This document shows, piece by piece, positions 36,989 through 46,926 of a DNA stretch of 64,000 nt. The position numbers and the translations under genes were made by a program. The first letter of the stretch is position 1. Each line of letters opens with the position of its first letter. This stretch comes from an uncultured bacterium (GTDB lineage Bacteria; Chloroflexota; UBA5177; JANWHV01): positions 64,001 through 128,000 of the forward strand of contig CAVSOU010000017.1 in assembly GCA_963729625.1 (NCBI GenBank), read 5' to 3'. The notes under the pieces were generated by a model. It was not told the origin of the DNA, made no database searches, and saw nothing but the letters and a program-made list of their open reading frames with translations.

Positions 36989-39841
36989 CTAGGCGCACCC
37001 GTGCAGGCGCATGACCAGGCGCACCGGCTCCGCCGCCAGGAAGGTCCGGCGTAGATCTGCCTCGGGCAGTGCCCCTGCGATACGGTCCACCGCGGCGCGG
37101 GCCTCCGCCAGGAGCGTGTCATTCCCGGCGATGGCGAGCAGGGCGCCTGCGGCGCGGAGGAACATCGCCGGGTCTCCGGTCCCGCGCGCCCGCGCTGCTG
37201 CGGACTGCAAATAGTCAAGGGTCTCGCGGGTACGTCCCTGCGCGGCCAGGACCTGGGCGCAGACCTGCAATCCGGCGACCTCGTACTTGATGCGCCCCAC
37301 CGCTCGACTGCGTGCAATGCTCTCCATGGCATATTGCCACGCCTGCTCATGGTGGCCGCTCGCCAAGGCTATCTCCGCCTGCGCTTGGGCGAAGCGGAGC
37401 TTCCAGAGCCAGCCGTGCGAGCCCTGGGCGCTGGCCACGCGTGCGGCCACCTCATCTACGAGCCCTTCCGTGCGGCCCAGATCGCCGCGCCGGGCGAAGA
37501 TCAGGAGCAGGTCAATGCCTCCGCTCACCTGGGGATGGCTGACGCGCCGCACGGAGCGACTCAGCCCGCACGCCTCCTGGGCCAGCGCCTCGGCGCCGCC
37601 AAAGTCGAACAGCTCGAGGTGCAGGCATCCGCGCATCAAGGTCGTGCGGGCGAGCCAATCGACGGCACCCTGCTCGCGGCTCTCTGCCTGCCCTTCGGTG
37701 AATACCTGCAACGCCTCGGCGTAGCGGCCGCTGCCCATCAGGGCACACCCAAGGTCGCCCTGCGCACGCGCTACGGTCGAGGTGTCGTAAGCCGTTCGGC
37801 CCAGCGCCACTGCCTCGCGGGAGAGCTGGATCGCCGCATTGAAGTCAGCCAGCCAGTAGTGCATGAGCCCGGCGAACTGGGCCCCGATAGCCAAACTGCC
37901 GGTATGGCGGCCCCCGGCCCGCGTGGCCGCCCGACGGTAGCGGTCCATGCCGGCGCGCAGCTGGCCGTCGGCACTCTCGGCAATGACGAGGCAACTCAGC
38001 GCGCCGACGGCCAAATCCTCGCGCCCGGCCTCCTCGGCCAGGGCGAGAGCTTCCTCTGCGCAACCGCGGATGATGGCTGCGTCGGAGAAGTCCCAGTTGG
38101 CAGTCTTCGCCATGGCGATCAGGAGTTCCGCGCGCAAGTCGCCGCGCTCAGGCGGCACGCGTGCCAGGGCAGCTTGCAGCTCTTCACGCGCCTCCGTCCA
38201 GCGCGTCATGTGGTACAATGCCGCTCCGCGTCGTGCGTGCAGGTCTCCGAGGAGGTCATCCTGCCCGACTCGTTCCGCCAGCGTGACCGCCTGAGCGAGC
38301 ACGGCTGCTGCGTCCTGGTGGGCCGCAGCCATAGTAGCGCGTGCCGCAGCGCGTTCCAGATAAGGCAGCGCCCGCTCCACCTGGTCGCTGCGCGCATAGT
38401 GGTAAGCCAGCTCCTCAATGGGTGGTGGTCCCGTGCGCTCCTCCATCGCCCGGGCGATGTCCCGATGCAACAGCATGCGCCGCGCCGAGCCGAGACCTGC
38501 CTCGACCACCTCGCGGATGACATCGTGGCTGAAGCGATAGACCGCGTCGCCTGCTTCCTCCAGCAAATGGGCGTGGCAGGCGGCATCCAGCGCGTCGAGC
38601 ACCTCCTGCTCGGGTCGGGCTGCCACACCCTGCAGAAGTTCATATGGTGCCGTGCGGCCGATCACGGCGGCAATGCCCAGCACAAGCCGCGCCGGCTCAG
38701 GCAAGGTAGTAACCCGTTGGCGGACACTCTGCTGCACGTCCCAGGGTACGGCTTCGCGCGTGCCGTCCTCTGTATCCTGGCGCAAGCCCTCCGCGCAGCT
38801 CACCAGGAAGAACGGAACCCCGCCCGCGCGCCGGAGCACCTGTTCGCGCAGATCCGGAGCTACCGCTTCGCCGGTGAGCAGCTCGCCTAGCAACTGCGCC
38901 GCTTCCGCCGTTGACAGCGGGTTGATCCGTCGCCGCGTCGCCAGCCGCGCGTTGATCAGGTCGGCCAGCGTGGCGGCGAGGGGTGCCTCGGGTGGCACCT
39001 CCGTGTCGCGGTATGCACCCAGGATGCGCAACGGGATCGCGGCAGTGCTGCGCGTCAGCGCAGCCAATAAATCAAGGGCATCTGCACCCGCCCATTGCAG
39101 GTCGTCGAGTACCAGCAGCGTACCCGCCGGGCCGGCCACGTTGGTCAGGAAACGGCTCACCGCGGCGAACACCAACCGTCGCTCATGCTCGGCCGGGATG
39201 GTACCAGCGGGCAGCGGCTCGATGACGCCGCCCGCAAGCTCCGGCAACAGACGAACCAGCCACGCGCAGCCGCGCAGATCTGCGCGGAGCTGCCCCGGCC
39301 TTTGATGCTGCAGGTGACGTTGGAAGGCAGCCATGAAGGGGGCATAAGGCTCCTGGCCGCCCCGCTGCTGGCAACCGCCTTCGAGCACGCGCAGGCCGGC
39401 ACCGGCTGCGCGCGGGACGGCCGCATGCAAGAGGCGGGATTTGCCGATGCCCGGCTCGCCGGCGAGTAGCAGCAAGGGGGCGCCTTCACCTCCCACGTGG
39501 CGTTCCACCAACGCCAGCACGCCCGCCCGCCCGACGAACGGCACCGCGTCTCGTGCGGCCGACAGCGCACCGTGATCGCCGGAGCCGCCTGTTCCTGCGC
39601 GGCGCCCTGCCGTGAGGAAGGCGGCGCGCTCATCGCCCGCCAGGGCAAGGGCCGCGGCGAGCAGCTCCAGGCTCTCCCGGCGGGGCGTATGGGCCGCTCC
39701 CTGTTCCATGGCCGCGATGCTGCGCCGGCTCAGGCGCGCACGTTCTGCCAGCTCCTCCTGCGTGAGCCCAGCCGCCAAGCGGTAGCGGCGCAGCAGGGTC
39801 GCGAAGCCACGCCGGGCCACGTCCTCGGCCCTGCTCTCCAT
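36989..39841 (-). CDS. XRE-HTH / AAA_16 ATPase / TPR regulator
   Basis: LTQEELAERA HTH, GEPGIGKSRL, LDDLQWA, GGVPFF, YRFSHD and TPR-like helices. Confidence 0.9.
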   Translation of the reverse strand: MESRAEDVARRGFATLLRRYRLAAGLTQEELAERARLSRRSIAAMEQGAAHTPRRESLELLAAALALAGDERAAFLTAGRRAGTGGSGDHGALSAARDAVPFVGRAGVLALVERHVGGEGAPLLLLAGEPGIGKSRLLHAAVPRAAGAGLRVLEGGCQQRGGQEPYAPFMAAFQRHLQHQRPGQLRADLRGCAWLVRLLPELAGGVIEPLPAGTIPAEHERRLVFAAVSRFLTNVAGPAGTLLVLDDLQWAGADALDLLAALTRSTAAIPLRILGAYRDTEVPPEAPLAATLADLINARLATRRRINPLSTAEAAQLLGELLTGEAVAPDLREQVLRRAGGVPFFLVSCAEGLRQDTEDGTREAVPWDVQQSVRQRVTTLPEPARLVLGIAAVIGRTAPYELLQGVAARPEQEVLDALDAACHAHLLEEAGDAVYRFSHDVIREVVEAGLGSARRMLLHRDIARAMEERTGPPPIEELAYHYARSDQVERALPYLERAAARATMAAAHQDAAAVLAQAVTLAERVGQDDLLGDLHARRGAALYHMTRWTEAREELQAALARVPPERGDLRAELLIAMAKTANWDFSDAAIIRGCAEEALALAEEAGREDLAVGALSCLVIAESADGQLRAGMDRYRRAATRAGGRHTGSLAIGAQFAGLMHYWLADFNAAIQLSREAVALGRTAYDTSTVARAQGDLGCALMGSGRYAEALQVFTEGQAESREQGAVDWLARTTLMRGCLHLELFDFGGAEALAQEACGLSRSVRRVSHPQVSGGIDLLLIFARRGDLGRTEGLVDEVAARVASAQGSHGWLWKLRFAQAQAEIALASGHHEQAWQYAMESIARSRAVGRIKYEVAGLQVCAQVLAAQGRTRETLDYLQSAAARARGTGDPAMFLRAAGALLAIAGNDTLLAEARAAVDRIAGALPEADLRRTFLAAEPVRLVMRLHGCA

Positions 39842-40087
39842 CCCGCTGGTTCGTCCTTCCGTTTCGGTGCATCACTGCGGAGTAGCCGGACCGGCTGCTT
39901 CTTGCTGAGATCGTACCAGCGGCCAGCATATGCGGTGGCGGCTGGTTTCCCTCGTGGCCTGCAACCATATTGCACATGAAGATGCACCGGACGTTGCGTA
40001 TTTTGCCTGGGCGACTGCTGCTGCCTGGCCTAGAGTGGCAGGTACGGCGGTCCCGCCGGAATAAACGCACAGAAGGTATGCAAGCAG

Positions 40088-40912
40088 ATGGGATCGGCGA
40101 TCTTGCAGGGGCATCTATGGGGTGGGGCAGCGTACACCTGGGCGGAGCTGCAGGAGCCGGTTTCCGGCCCGCTGTGGCAAGCCATGCTGGACGCCGCTGG
40201 CGTGGATCAGGGCACCCATCTGCTGGACGCCGGCTGCGGAGCCGGGGGCGCCAGCGTGCTCGCTGGCCAGCGGGGAGCACTCGTGAACGGGCTGGACGCC
40301 TCCGAGGCCCTGCTGGCCATCGCCCGACGACGCGTGCCGGACGGCGACTTCCGATTGGGTGACCTGGAGTTCTTGCCCTACGCTGGGCACACCTTCGATG
40401 CGGTGATTGCCGCCGATGTCCTGCCCTACGTGGCAGAGCCCGCCGTGGCCCTACGTGAGCTGACGCGCGTCAGCCGGCACGGGGCTGCGGTGGTGGCAGC
40501 CGTCGGGGCCATGCCCCCTGACCCCGTCTGGCAGGCTATCGCGCGGGCCTTGGGCGAGTTGCTGCCCACTGCCGTCGGGCAAGAGCCATTCGCACTCTCA
40601 GCACCAGGGGTGCTCGACGCGCTGTTCGCCAAGGCCGGGCTTCAGGCACTGACCGAGGGCGAGGTCATCTGCCCTTGGGAGTACGCCGATCCCGAGACAA
40701 CCTGGGAGGCCCATGCGTCGACAGGCCCGTTGCAGGCGGCGATGCGCCTGCTCGGGCAGCCGCCCGTGCGCGCGGCGACGCTGCAGGCGCTGCAGGCGCT
40801 GGCGCACCATACCACGGCGGTAGGCACGGTGCGGCTGGTCAAGCGCTTCCGCTACATCGTGGCGACGCCGTGTGAGCAGGAGACGCAGGAGAAAGGGGTG
40901 CACGAGCGGTAA
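40088..40912 (+). CDS. Class I SAM-dependent methyltransferase
   Basis: LLDAGCGAG, GLDAS and LPYAGHTFDAV. Confidence 0.9.
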   Translation: MGSAILQGHLWGGAAYTWAELQEPVSGPLWQAMLDAAGVDQGTHLLDAGCGAGGASVLAGQRGALVNGLDASEALLAIARRRVPDGDFRLGDLEFLPYAGHTFDAVIAADVLPYVAEPAVALRELTRVSRHGAAVVAAVGAMPPDPVWQAIARALGELLPTAVGQEPFALSAPGVLDALFAKAGLQALTEGEVICPWEYADPETTWEAHASTGPLQAAMRLLGQPPVRAATLQALQALAHHTTAVGTVRLVKRFRYIVATPCEQETQEKGVHER

Positions 40913-40980
40913 GAGGGCACAACGTCGCCTGGTCCTGACCAGCTGCGAGAACGACGCAAGGATAAAAGGAGAACACAGTG

Positions 40981-42708
40981 ATGGAGACCACGGTGCTACG
41001 CAATCAGAAGAGCACGCCACAGCATCCCGACGGCGAGACCGGCCAGCACGCGCCGGCGTACCTCAGCCGCCACAGCTTCTTGGGACGAGCCGCGGGCGTC
41101 GCTGTGGTAACGGCTTCAGCGGGAGTCCTGGGCCGATTGCCGCTGGGCGTAACAGCCACGGGCGACCGAGCGATGGCGGACACCCTGCCGCCGGGTGCGA
41201 CGGCGCGTGCCGAGCGCGCCTACACCGTCCGGGTGAGCGCCGCGCACGACGAGCGGACACACCCGTTGCCTGCCCACCCCACTAATGGCGACGAGGCGCG
41301 CTACGGGAGCACTCACCTCGGCAACTACTCAAAAGGGTTACCCCACAACGCTCTGGGTGAAGTCGACCCCGCCGCATACGCCGCGCTGCTCAGCGCGCTC
41401 GAGAGCGGGCGGCCAGCCGACTTTGAAGCGATCCCGCTGGGTGGCCAGGCCAAGCTCGCCGGTCCCCAGAGCGCGTTTGCCTTCTTGCTGGAGGGCGCCG
41501 ATAGCGGCAGTCTGGCCACACCGCCGCCGCCCGCGTTCAGCAGCGCCGAGATGGCCGGGGAGATGGCCGAGATGTACTGGTACGCGCTCGCCCGTGACGT
41601 GCCTTTCGCCCGCTACGCCACCGATCCCCTTATCGGGCAGGCCGCCGCCGATCTCTCGCGGCTCTCCGACTTTCGTGGGCCCAAAGCAGCCGGAGCAGTC
41701 ACCTCCGGCTCGATCTTCCGGCTCGGTTTAGCTGGGGAGATGAGCGGCCCCTATGTCTCACAGTTCCAGTGGCTCCCCGTCCCATACGGCGCGTTCTCGA
41801 TGGACCAGCGTTATCCTGTCTCGCCGCCCGCGGAGTTCATGACGACCTATGACGCCTGGTTAACCGTGCAGAATGGCATCGTCACGGCGCCACCGCCCGC
41901 CAAGGCGCCAATCAAGCCAGTGCCGTCCCGCTACATCGTCACCGGCCGCGATATGGCCATCTGGCTCATCGACGATTTCTCCTACCAGGGCTATCTCAAC
42001 GCGATGCTGATCCTGAACGCCATGGGCGCACCGGTGGACAAAGGCAATCCGTACACGCAGTCCAAGACACAGGTCGGCGTCGCCACTTTCGGCACCGCGT
42101 TCCATGGACTGGATCTCGTGGCGAAGGTGGCCAACACAGCGCTGAAGGCCGTCCATTATCAGAAGTGGCTTGTCCATCGCCGCGTGCGCCCCGAGGAGTT
42201 CGGTGGCCGTGTCCACAACCAGATGACCAAGGCCGCGCAGTATCCGATCCACACCGATCTCCTGTCCACATCGACAGTACTGGCGGCGATCTTCCAGAAG
42301 CACGGCACCTACCTGTTACCCATGCCCGTGCCGCGCGGCTGCCCAATGCACCCTTCGTACGCGGCGGCGCACTCGGCAATTACCGGGGCCTGCATCACGG
42401 TGCTCAAGGCATGGTTCGATGAGTCATACGTGCTGCCCGCCCCGGTAGTGGCCAGCGCCGACGGAGCTAGCCTGCTGCCCTATACTGGAGCATCGCTTAC
42501 CGTGGGCAGCGAGCTGGATAAGCTGGCAGGGAACCACTGCGTGGGACGAAGTTTCGGCGGCTTTCACCCGCGCTCGGATATTGCGGCAGGGCTGCTCTTG
42601 GGTGAAGCGGTAGCGATCAGCGTGCTGGCCGATGAACGCGGCACGTTCAACGAGATGTTCAAGGGCTTCTCGCTGACCAAGTTCGACGGCACGACGATCA
42701 GCGTCTGA
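40981..42708 (+). CDS. Vanadium-dependent haloperoxidase family protein with Tat-like signal
   Basis: YSKGLPH, QKWLVHRRVRPE, HPSYAAAH and GRSFGGFHPRSD. N-terminal SRHSFLG. Confidence 0.88.
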   Translation: METTVLRNQKSTPQHPDGETGQHAPAYLSRHSFLGRAAGVAVVTASAGVLGRLPLGVTATGDRAMADTLPPGATARAERAYTVRVSAAHDERTHPLPAHPTNGDEARYGSTHLGNYSKGLPHNALGEVDPAAYAALLSALESGRPADFEAIPLGGQAKLAGPQSAFAFLLEGADSGSLATPPPPAFSSAEMAGEMAEMYWYALARDVPFARYATDPLIGQAAADLSRLSDFRGPKAAGAVTSGSIFRLGLAGEMSGPYVSQFQWLPVPYGAFSMDQRYPVSPPAEFMTTYDAWLTVQNGIVTAPPPAKAPIKPVPSRYIVTGRDMAIWLIDDFSYQGYLNAMLILNAMGAPVDKGNPYTQSKTQVGVATFGTAFHGLDLVAKVANTALKAVHYQKWLVHRRVRPEEFGGRVHNQMTKAAQYPIHTDLLSTSTVLAAIFQKHGTYLLPMPVPRGCPMHPSYAAAHSAITGACITVLKAWFDESYVLPAPVVASADGASLLPYTGASLTVGSELDKLAGNHCVGRSFGGFHPRSDIAAGLLLGEAVAISVLADERGTFNEMFKGFSLTKFDGTTISV

Positions 42709-42764
42709 CCGCACGAGTGTCGGTCAGTGCGCGCGCTCTCCGGTAGACGGCGGCTCGCTCGCCG

Positions 42765-43766
42765 TCACGTGCTGAGCGACATAACGGAGCGTACCAATCC
42801 GGCAATGAAACCTGTGGCGTGCGCCCGCCCGCGGTGGCCCCATTCGGTGTCGTCAACCATGTGCGGGACATGATCGTCGATGATAAACCCGGAGAATCCG
42901 ACCTCTTGGAGCGCCCGGACGGCCGCCACCACGTCGACATTACCTTCATCCACGAAACATTCGTTGAATCGCGGCACTATTCCCTGCACGTCGCGAAAGT
43001 GGACGTAGACGATCTGGCCACGCGCGCCGAAATGTTGGATCGCCGGGATCACGCCCGGACTGGCGTCCTGAGCCATCTCCGACCACGTTCCCATGCAGAA
43101 GTCGAGCCCGTGGTTGGGGCTCGGAAACATCGTCATAGCGCGCTCGAACCCGGCGAAGGTATGGAAGAGCCGCGCCACGCCGCCCAGCGACGGAACCGGC
43201 GGATCGTCGGGGTGGAGGGCGAGCGTGACCCCGGCCTCCGCAGCGACAGGCAGTACGCCGTGAAGAAAGTATGCGTAGTTGGTCCACATCTCCTCGGCAC
43301 CGATCTCACGGTCTCCGAGCAGCGGATGACGTCGTAAGCCCCACGGCAAGGGACCCGACTCCGCTTCCGCGGCGTCGAAGGTGCTTACCAGGGCACCGCC
43401 GCGACCCGGCGTAGTGGCTGAGGTTCGCCACACCTCGAGTGGCATCCAGTGATAGCCGAGAACAGGAATCCCTGCACGGCCAATCGCGCGAATCGTCTCC
43501 TGATAGTTGGCAATCTGTTCGTCACGACCGTCGAGGCCCAGCATTGCCCGGTCGTAGAAATCCACCGGCACATTCTCGACCGCTTCCAGGCGCAAGCCAT
43601 GCCGCTCGCAGCGCACGCGCAGCCAGCGGAGATCTTCCTCATGCCAGCGGCCGTCACCGGGCAGCAGCGGCGTGTTCAGCTGCACGCCCGCAACGCCCAG
43701 CTGGCGGGCAAAGCGCAGGGTCTCCTCGGACAACTCGGCCACTTGCCCCAAGGCGATTCGCATCAT
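42765..43766 (-). CDS. uxuA: Mannonate dehydratase
   Basis: ALHPDDPP, HFRDVQG, DEGNVD and DDHVP motifs. Confidence 0.85.
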   Translation of the reverse strand: MMRIALGQVAELSEETLRFARQLGVAGVQLNTPLLPGDGRWHEEDLRWLRVRCERHGLRLEAVENVPVDFYDRAMLGLDGRDEQIANYQETIRAIGRAGIPVLGYHWMPLEVWRTSATTPGRGGALVSTFDAAEAESGPLPWGLRRHPLLGDREIGAEEMWTNYAYFLHGVLPVAAEAGVTLALHPDDPPVPSLGGVARLFHTFAGFERAMTMFPSPNHGLDFCMGTWSEMAQDASPGVIPAIQHFGARGQIVYVHFRDVQGIVPRFNECFVDEGNVDVVAAVRALQEVGFSGFIIDDHVPHMVDDTEWGHRGRAHATGFIAGLVRSVMSLST

Positions 43767-44569
43767 CAGTTTCTTCTCGCATTCACGAGGTACTCCAGCG
43801 CATCGATGAGACCCAGGATAGCAGCATGCTGTCGCTCATAGCCGTCCTCCGAACTGGGGGGTGCAAGAATCTCCGTCACTCTTTCCTCGAATCGCGCGGG
43901 CTGCACAGAAAAGTGTCTCGCATAGTCAAGGTTATTGCCGTCACCGACATAGTACATGTCATTCAACGCGAAGAGGACCTGCATGATGTCATGCACTAGT
44001 CTCGACGTGAGGCCAGCGAGAAAGACCACATCCTTCCGGGCCACTTTGTTGGCGTAATGGTAGTCCTGTCGCCAGTAGCGCAGTGAGCCCATGTGCGTCG
44101 CCAAAATAGTCTCGCGCAAGGCATCCGGGTACGGTGTGAGTCGCTGCTTCCATCCCGCCACTATCCCGTGCGGATCTTTGACGCTCATCTGGTACAACAG
44201 GTCGCATGGCAGATGGTAGCCCCAGAGCGACCAGACACGCGGCTCAGGCCGTCCCCGCCCGGCTAGCCAGGCGTCCAGTTGTTCGTCCACCTGCGCGATT
44301 GTGCGTCGCCACACCCCATCGATCTCGACCCCATTTGCACGCCACCTATCCATCAAGGTGGTGAGACGAGCGAAGTGCGCGTCGAATCTTTCGTTGCCAG
44401 GCAGCAATATCTCGTCGGCATAGAGGCGGAAATCCACGTCAGAGCGACTGTCGCTCAGCCCTTTCCCGTGCGAGCCTCCAATCGTCACGGCCCAGCGGCC
44501 GAAGCCGAATGCGAGAATGACAGGAAGCGTCTCTTCGATGATCTGATTCAGCGTTGCCGCATCTGCCAT
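43766..44569 (-). CDS. Nucleotidyltransferase-fold / DUF4037-like protein
   Basis: GGSHGKGLSDSRSDVDF, DPHG, PYPDALR and LFALN. TGATG overlap with uxuA. Confidence 0.75.
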   Translation of the reverse strand: MADAATLNQIIEETLPVILAFGFGRWAVTIGGSHGKGLSDSRSDVDFRLYADEILLPGNERFDAHFARLTTLMDRWRANGVEIDGVWRRTIAQVDEQLDAWLAGRGRPEPRVWSLWGYHLPCDLLYQMSVKDPHGIVAGWKQRLTPYPDALRETILATHMGSLRYWRQDYHYANKVARKDVVFLAGLTSRLVHDIMQVLFALNDMYYVGDGNNLDYARHFSVQPARFEERVTEILAPPSSEDGYERQHAAILGLIDALEYLVNARRN

Positions 44570-44938
44570 CTGCCTGTCTCCATTCGTGTGTGAACTGAGC
44601 TCAGCATATTGCATGGCGCAGGGCCTGCCAAAGGCACCGGTTCCTGCGGCCAGCGGGCACTGGTCCTATGGAGCGCGCGAGGAATGCAATCCAGCCCCTC
44701 TTACAGGCCCATCTCCACACGGGAGTCCCATCCGCGGAGCCCGCTACGCATTGCTCGACGATCCCGGTACCGTGTGCCCCAGCTTCGCCGCACAGGCGAT
44801 CGGCCCGGGCGCGCTACCTTCGGTCTCGCATGACATGGACTGCCGCTCTGCCATATGCTGAAGGCGACGGCAGGCTGTGCCGTTCATCCTCTGGCCGGAC
44901 GGCGATGCAGCCTCGGCCGCTCTGGAAAGCGTAGACGC

Positions 44939-46216
44939 ATGCCCGTGCGACCAAGCGCGGTGCTCCCCGAGAGCGCATATCGGTGGAACTTCGTTACCCT
45001 CGGCGCTGACATCACCCTGTTCTCCTTGGCGCTGACGTTCGCCTCTGTCTACGGCGTGCTGCCCCTGTTCGTCCACCACCTCACAGCGTCGGACGTCGCC
45101 CTGGGCCTGATTCCTTCTGTTGCCTCGATTGGCTTCCTCTTGCCGCCGATTCTCCTGGCGGGCGTCGTGCAACGGCTGGTGCGGCGAAAGCCGTTCATCA
45201 TGGTGTGCACGACAGTTGAGCGGTTGCCATTCCCGATCCTCGCGGTCCTGACGTGGGTGTTGGCGCGCGAGCACGCTACCGCGCTACTCGTGTGTTTCTT
45301 CGTGCTCTACGCCGTCAACACGCTGGCTGGCGGCGCCAGCTACGCGGCATGGCTGAACTTCATCGCCCGCGTCATGCCGCCGAACTGGCGCGGCCGGTTC
45401 TTCGGACTCTGGTCCGCTCTCGGCATGCTGCTCGGAATCGGCGGCGGCGTCGCCAGCGCTGCCATGCTCGGCGAGCACAGCTGGCCCGGGGGCTTCTCGC
45501 TCTGCTTCACGTGCGCCACGGTCTGCCTCGCGATCTCCTATCTCTTCCTAGCGTCCTCGCGAGAAACGTTGGCTCCGTGGCATGAGACCAGCGCCGCAGC
45601 GCGGCGGCTGGGCTATGCCGAGATTCTGCGGAGCGATCGCAATTTCGCGGCGTATCTCGGCGTGAACAGCCTCGTGACGCTTGCCGGCATGGCGACAGCG
45701 TTCTACACAGTCGATGCCAAGCACGTGCTCGCGCTATCCGACGGTGGAGCGGGACTCTACGCCGCCGTCCTCATGGGCGGGTCGCTGGCCGGGAATCTGC
45801 TCTGGGGCTATGTTGGCGATCACCTTGGCCACACGCGCCTTGTCGAGGGCGGGGCGCTGGCCATCGCCGCCGCCGCCGCGTTCGCCCTCTGCGGACACAC
45901 CGTCGGGAACGGGTTCGCCGCGTTCGCGCTCTATGCCGCCGCGTTCGCCGCGGTCGGCATCGGCACCAGTGGCACGCAACTGGCCGCCAGCGCCCTCCTC
46001 CTCGATTTCGGCCAGGACTCCTCCCGGTCCGCGTACATCGGTCTGGCCTCGCTAGCCCAACTCCCGTTCGCGTGCCTCGGACCCATCGCCGGCGGGCTAC
46101 TGGCGGACAGGCTCGGGATCGCTGCCGTGTTCGTGGTGAGTCTCACCACGGGCCTGGCAGGCGCGGCGGCCGTCGGCCGTTTCGTGCGCGATCCGAGGGT
46201 CACCAGACGCAGATGA
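44939..46216 (+). CDS. MFS transporter
   Basis: About 12 TM segments; WRGRFFG, WGYVGDHLG and GGLLADRLG. Confidence 0.88.
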   Translation: MPVRPSAVLPESAYRWNFVTLGADITLFSLALTFASVYGVLPLFVHHLTASDVALGLIPSVASIGFLLPPILLAGVVQRLVRRKPFIMVCTTVERLPFPILAVLTWVLAREHATALLVCFFVLYAVNTLAGGASYAAWLNFIARVMPPNWRGRFFGLWSALGMLLGIGGGVASAAMLGEHSWPGGFSLCFTCATVCLAISYLFLASSRETLAPWHETSAAARRLGYAEILRSDRNFAAYLGVNSLVTLAGMATAFYTVDAKHVLALSDGGAGLYAAVLMGGSLAGNLLWGYVGDHLGHTRLVEGGALAIAAAAAFALCGHTVGNGFAAFALYAAAFAAVGIGTSGTQLAASALLLDFGQDSSRSAYIGLASLAQLPFACLGPIAGGLLADRLGIAAVFVVSLTTGLAGAAAVGRFVRDPRVTRRR

Positions 46217-46725
46217 GCATGACGGTCCCGCTCGCGGAACAGATTCGCGTGGTAGACCCGGCGCATCCCCTCTATGGTCTGACGTTGCCCTGCCTGGAGA
46301 TTACGACCAAGGCGGTACTTGGCCGCGTGTGCGTGGTCGGCCTTGAGCCGGGCGTCGTGCGCCTAGTCCCCGTGAGCGCGACCGACCGGGGTGGACTGCG
46401 GGCAGAACCCTCGTCCTGCCGCGTCTCCGTGGAGGGACTTCGCCATCTGGTAGCCGTGCTACGGTCTGTGGAGGAGGCACTCGTGGACCAGCCCGTCGAG
46501 GAGGCGACCCATGCCCATCCCGCAGTCCATGCCGCAGAATCTGCCCCGTCAGCGTGCCCTGCCGTTCCGCCTGCCGCCGGCGGGTGTCGACGGCGAGAGT
46601 TGGCGCATCAGTCCAGTGCGTCTCCTGGCGACCCTCACGCCGGAGGAACAGCAACTGTGTCGTCAGCGGCTGCTTGCGGTGCTCGTGGAGGTGGTGCACG
46701 ATCGCGCTCGCCTCTGAGAAGGTGA
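46213..46725 (+). CDS. Recombinase-element accessory protein (DUF5372/Y4bD-like)
   Basis: IRVVDPAHPLYG...LVPVSATD...VSVEGLRHL lies upstream of a YVRQST recombinase. The C-terminal half is probably read-through. Confidence 0.5.
   Translation: MSMTVPLAEQIRVVDPAHPLYGLTLPCLEITTKAVLGRVCVVGLEPGVVRLVPVSATDRGGLRAEPSSCRVSVEGLRHLVAVLRSVEEALVDQPVEEATHAHPAVHAAESAPSACPAVPPAAGGCRRRELAHQSSASPGDPHAGGTATVSSAAACGARGGGARSRSPLRR
46511..46717 (+). CDS. Small helical accessory protein of the recombinase element
   Basis: GGAGG RBS; LTPEEQQLCRQRLLAVLVEVVHD overlaps the recombinase start. Confidence 0.55.
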   Translation: MPIPQSMPQNLPRQRALPFRLPPAGVDGESWRISPVRLLATLTPEEQQLCRQRLLAVLVEVVHDRARL

Positions 46726-46892
46726 CGGCCCTGCACTGGCAGCGGCTCGCCTACGTCTACGTCCGGCAATCGACCCTGCAGCAAGCGCGGGAGCATCCCG
46801 CCAGTCGCGAGAATCAGTATGCGCTGGTGGACCGAGCACTCGCTCTGGGCTGGCGGCGCGCGCCATCACGGGCCTCCCAGCATCCTTGCTAA
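46698..46892 (+). pseudogene. Large serine recombinase, N-terminal remnant
   Basis: SEKVTALHWQRLAYVYVRQSTLQQAREHPASRENQYALVDRALALGW, then truncated. ACG sits at the RBS-defined start position. Confidence 0.85.
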
Positions 46893-46926
46893 GCTCGTTT
46901 CCGTCAGGGTTCCTGAATGATCCAGG
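46757..46926 (+). mobile_element. Right 170-bp inverted repeat
   Basis: Matches 31125-31294 inverted. Ends GGGTTCCTGAATGATCCAGG, followed by CGAG. Confidence 0.9.

Noticed and set aside
37334-38890. Long antisense or alternate-frame ORFs (also 4001-5350, 7810-8934, 49955-51181, 1690-2973)
   Set aside because: Shadow ORFs of high-GC genes; they carry no motifs and overlap well-supported CDSs.
46698-46892. Active invertase driving phase variation of the island
   Set aside because: Only ~50 residues of the recombinase remain; the catalytic domain is incomplete.
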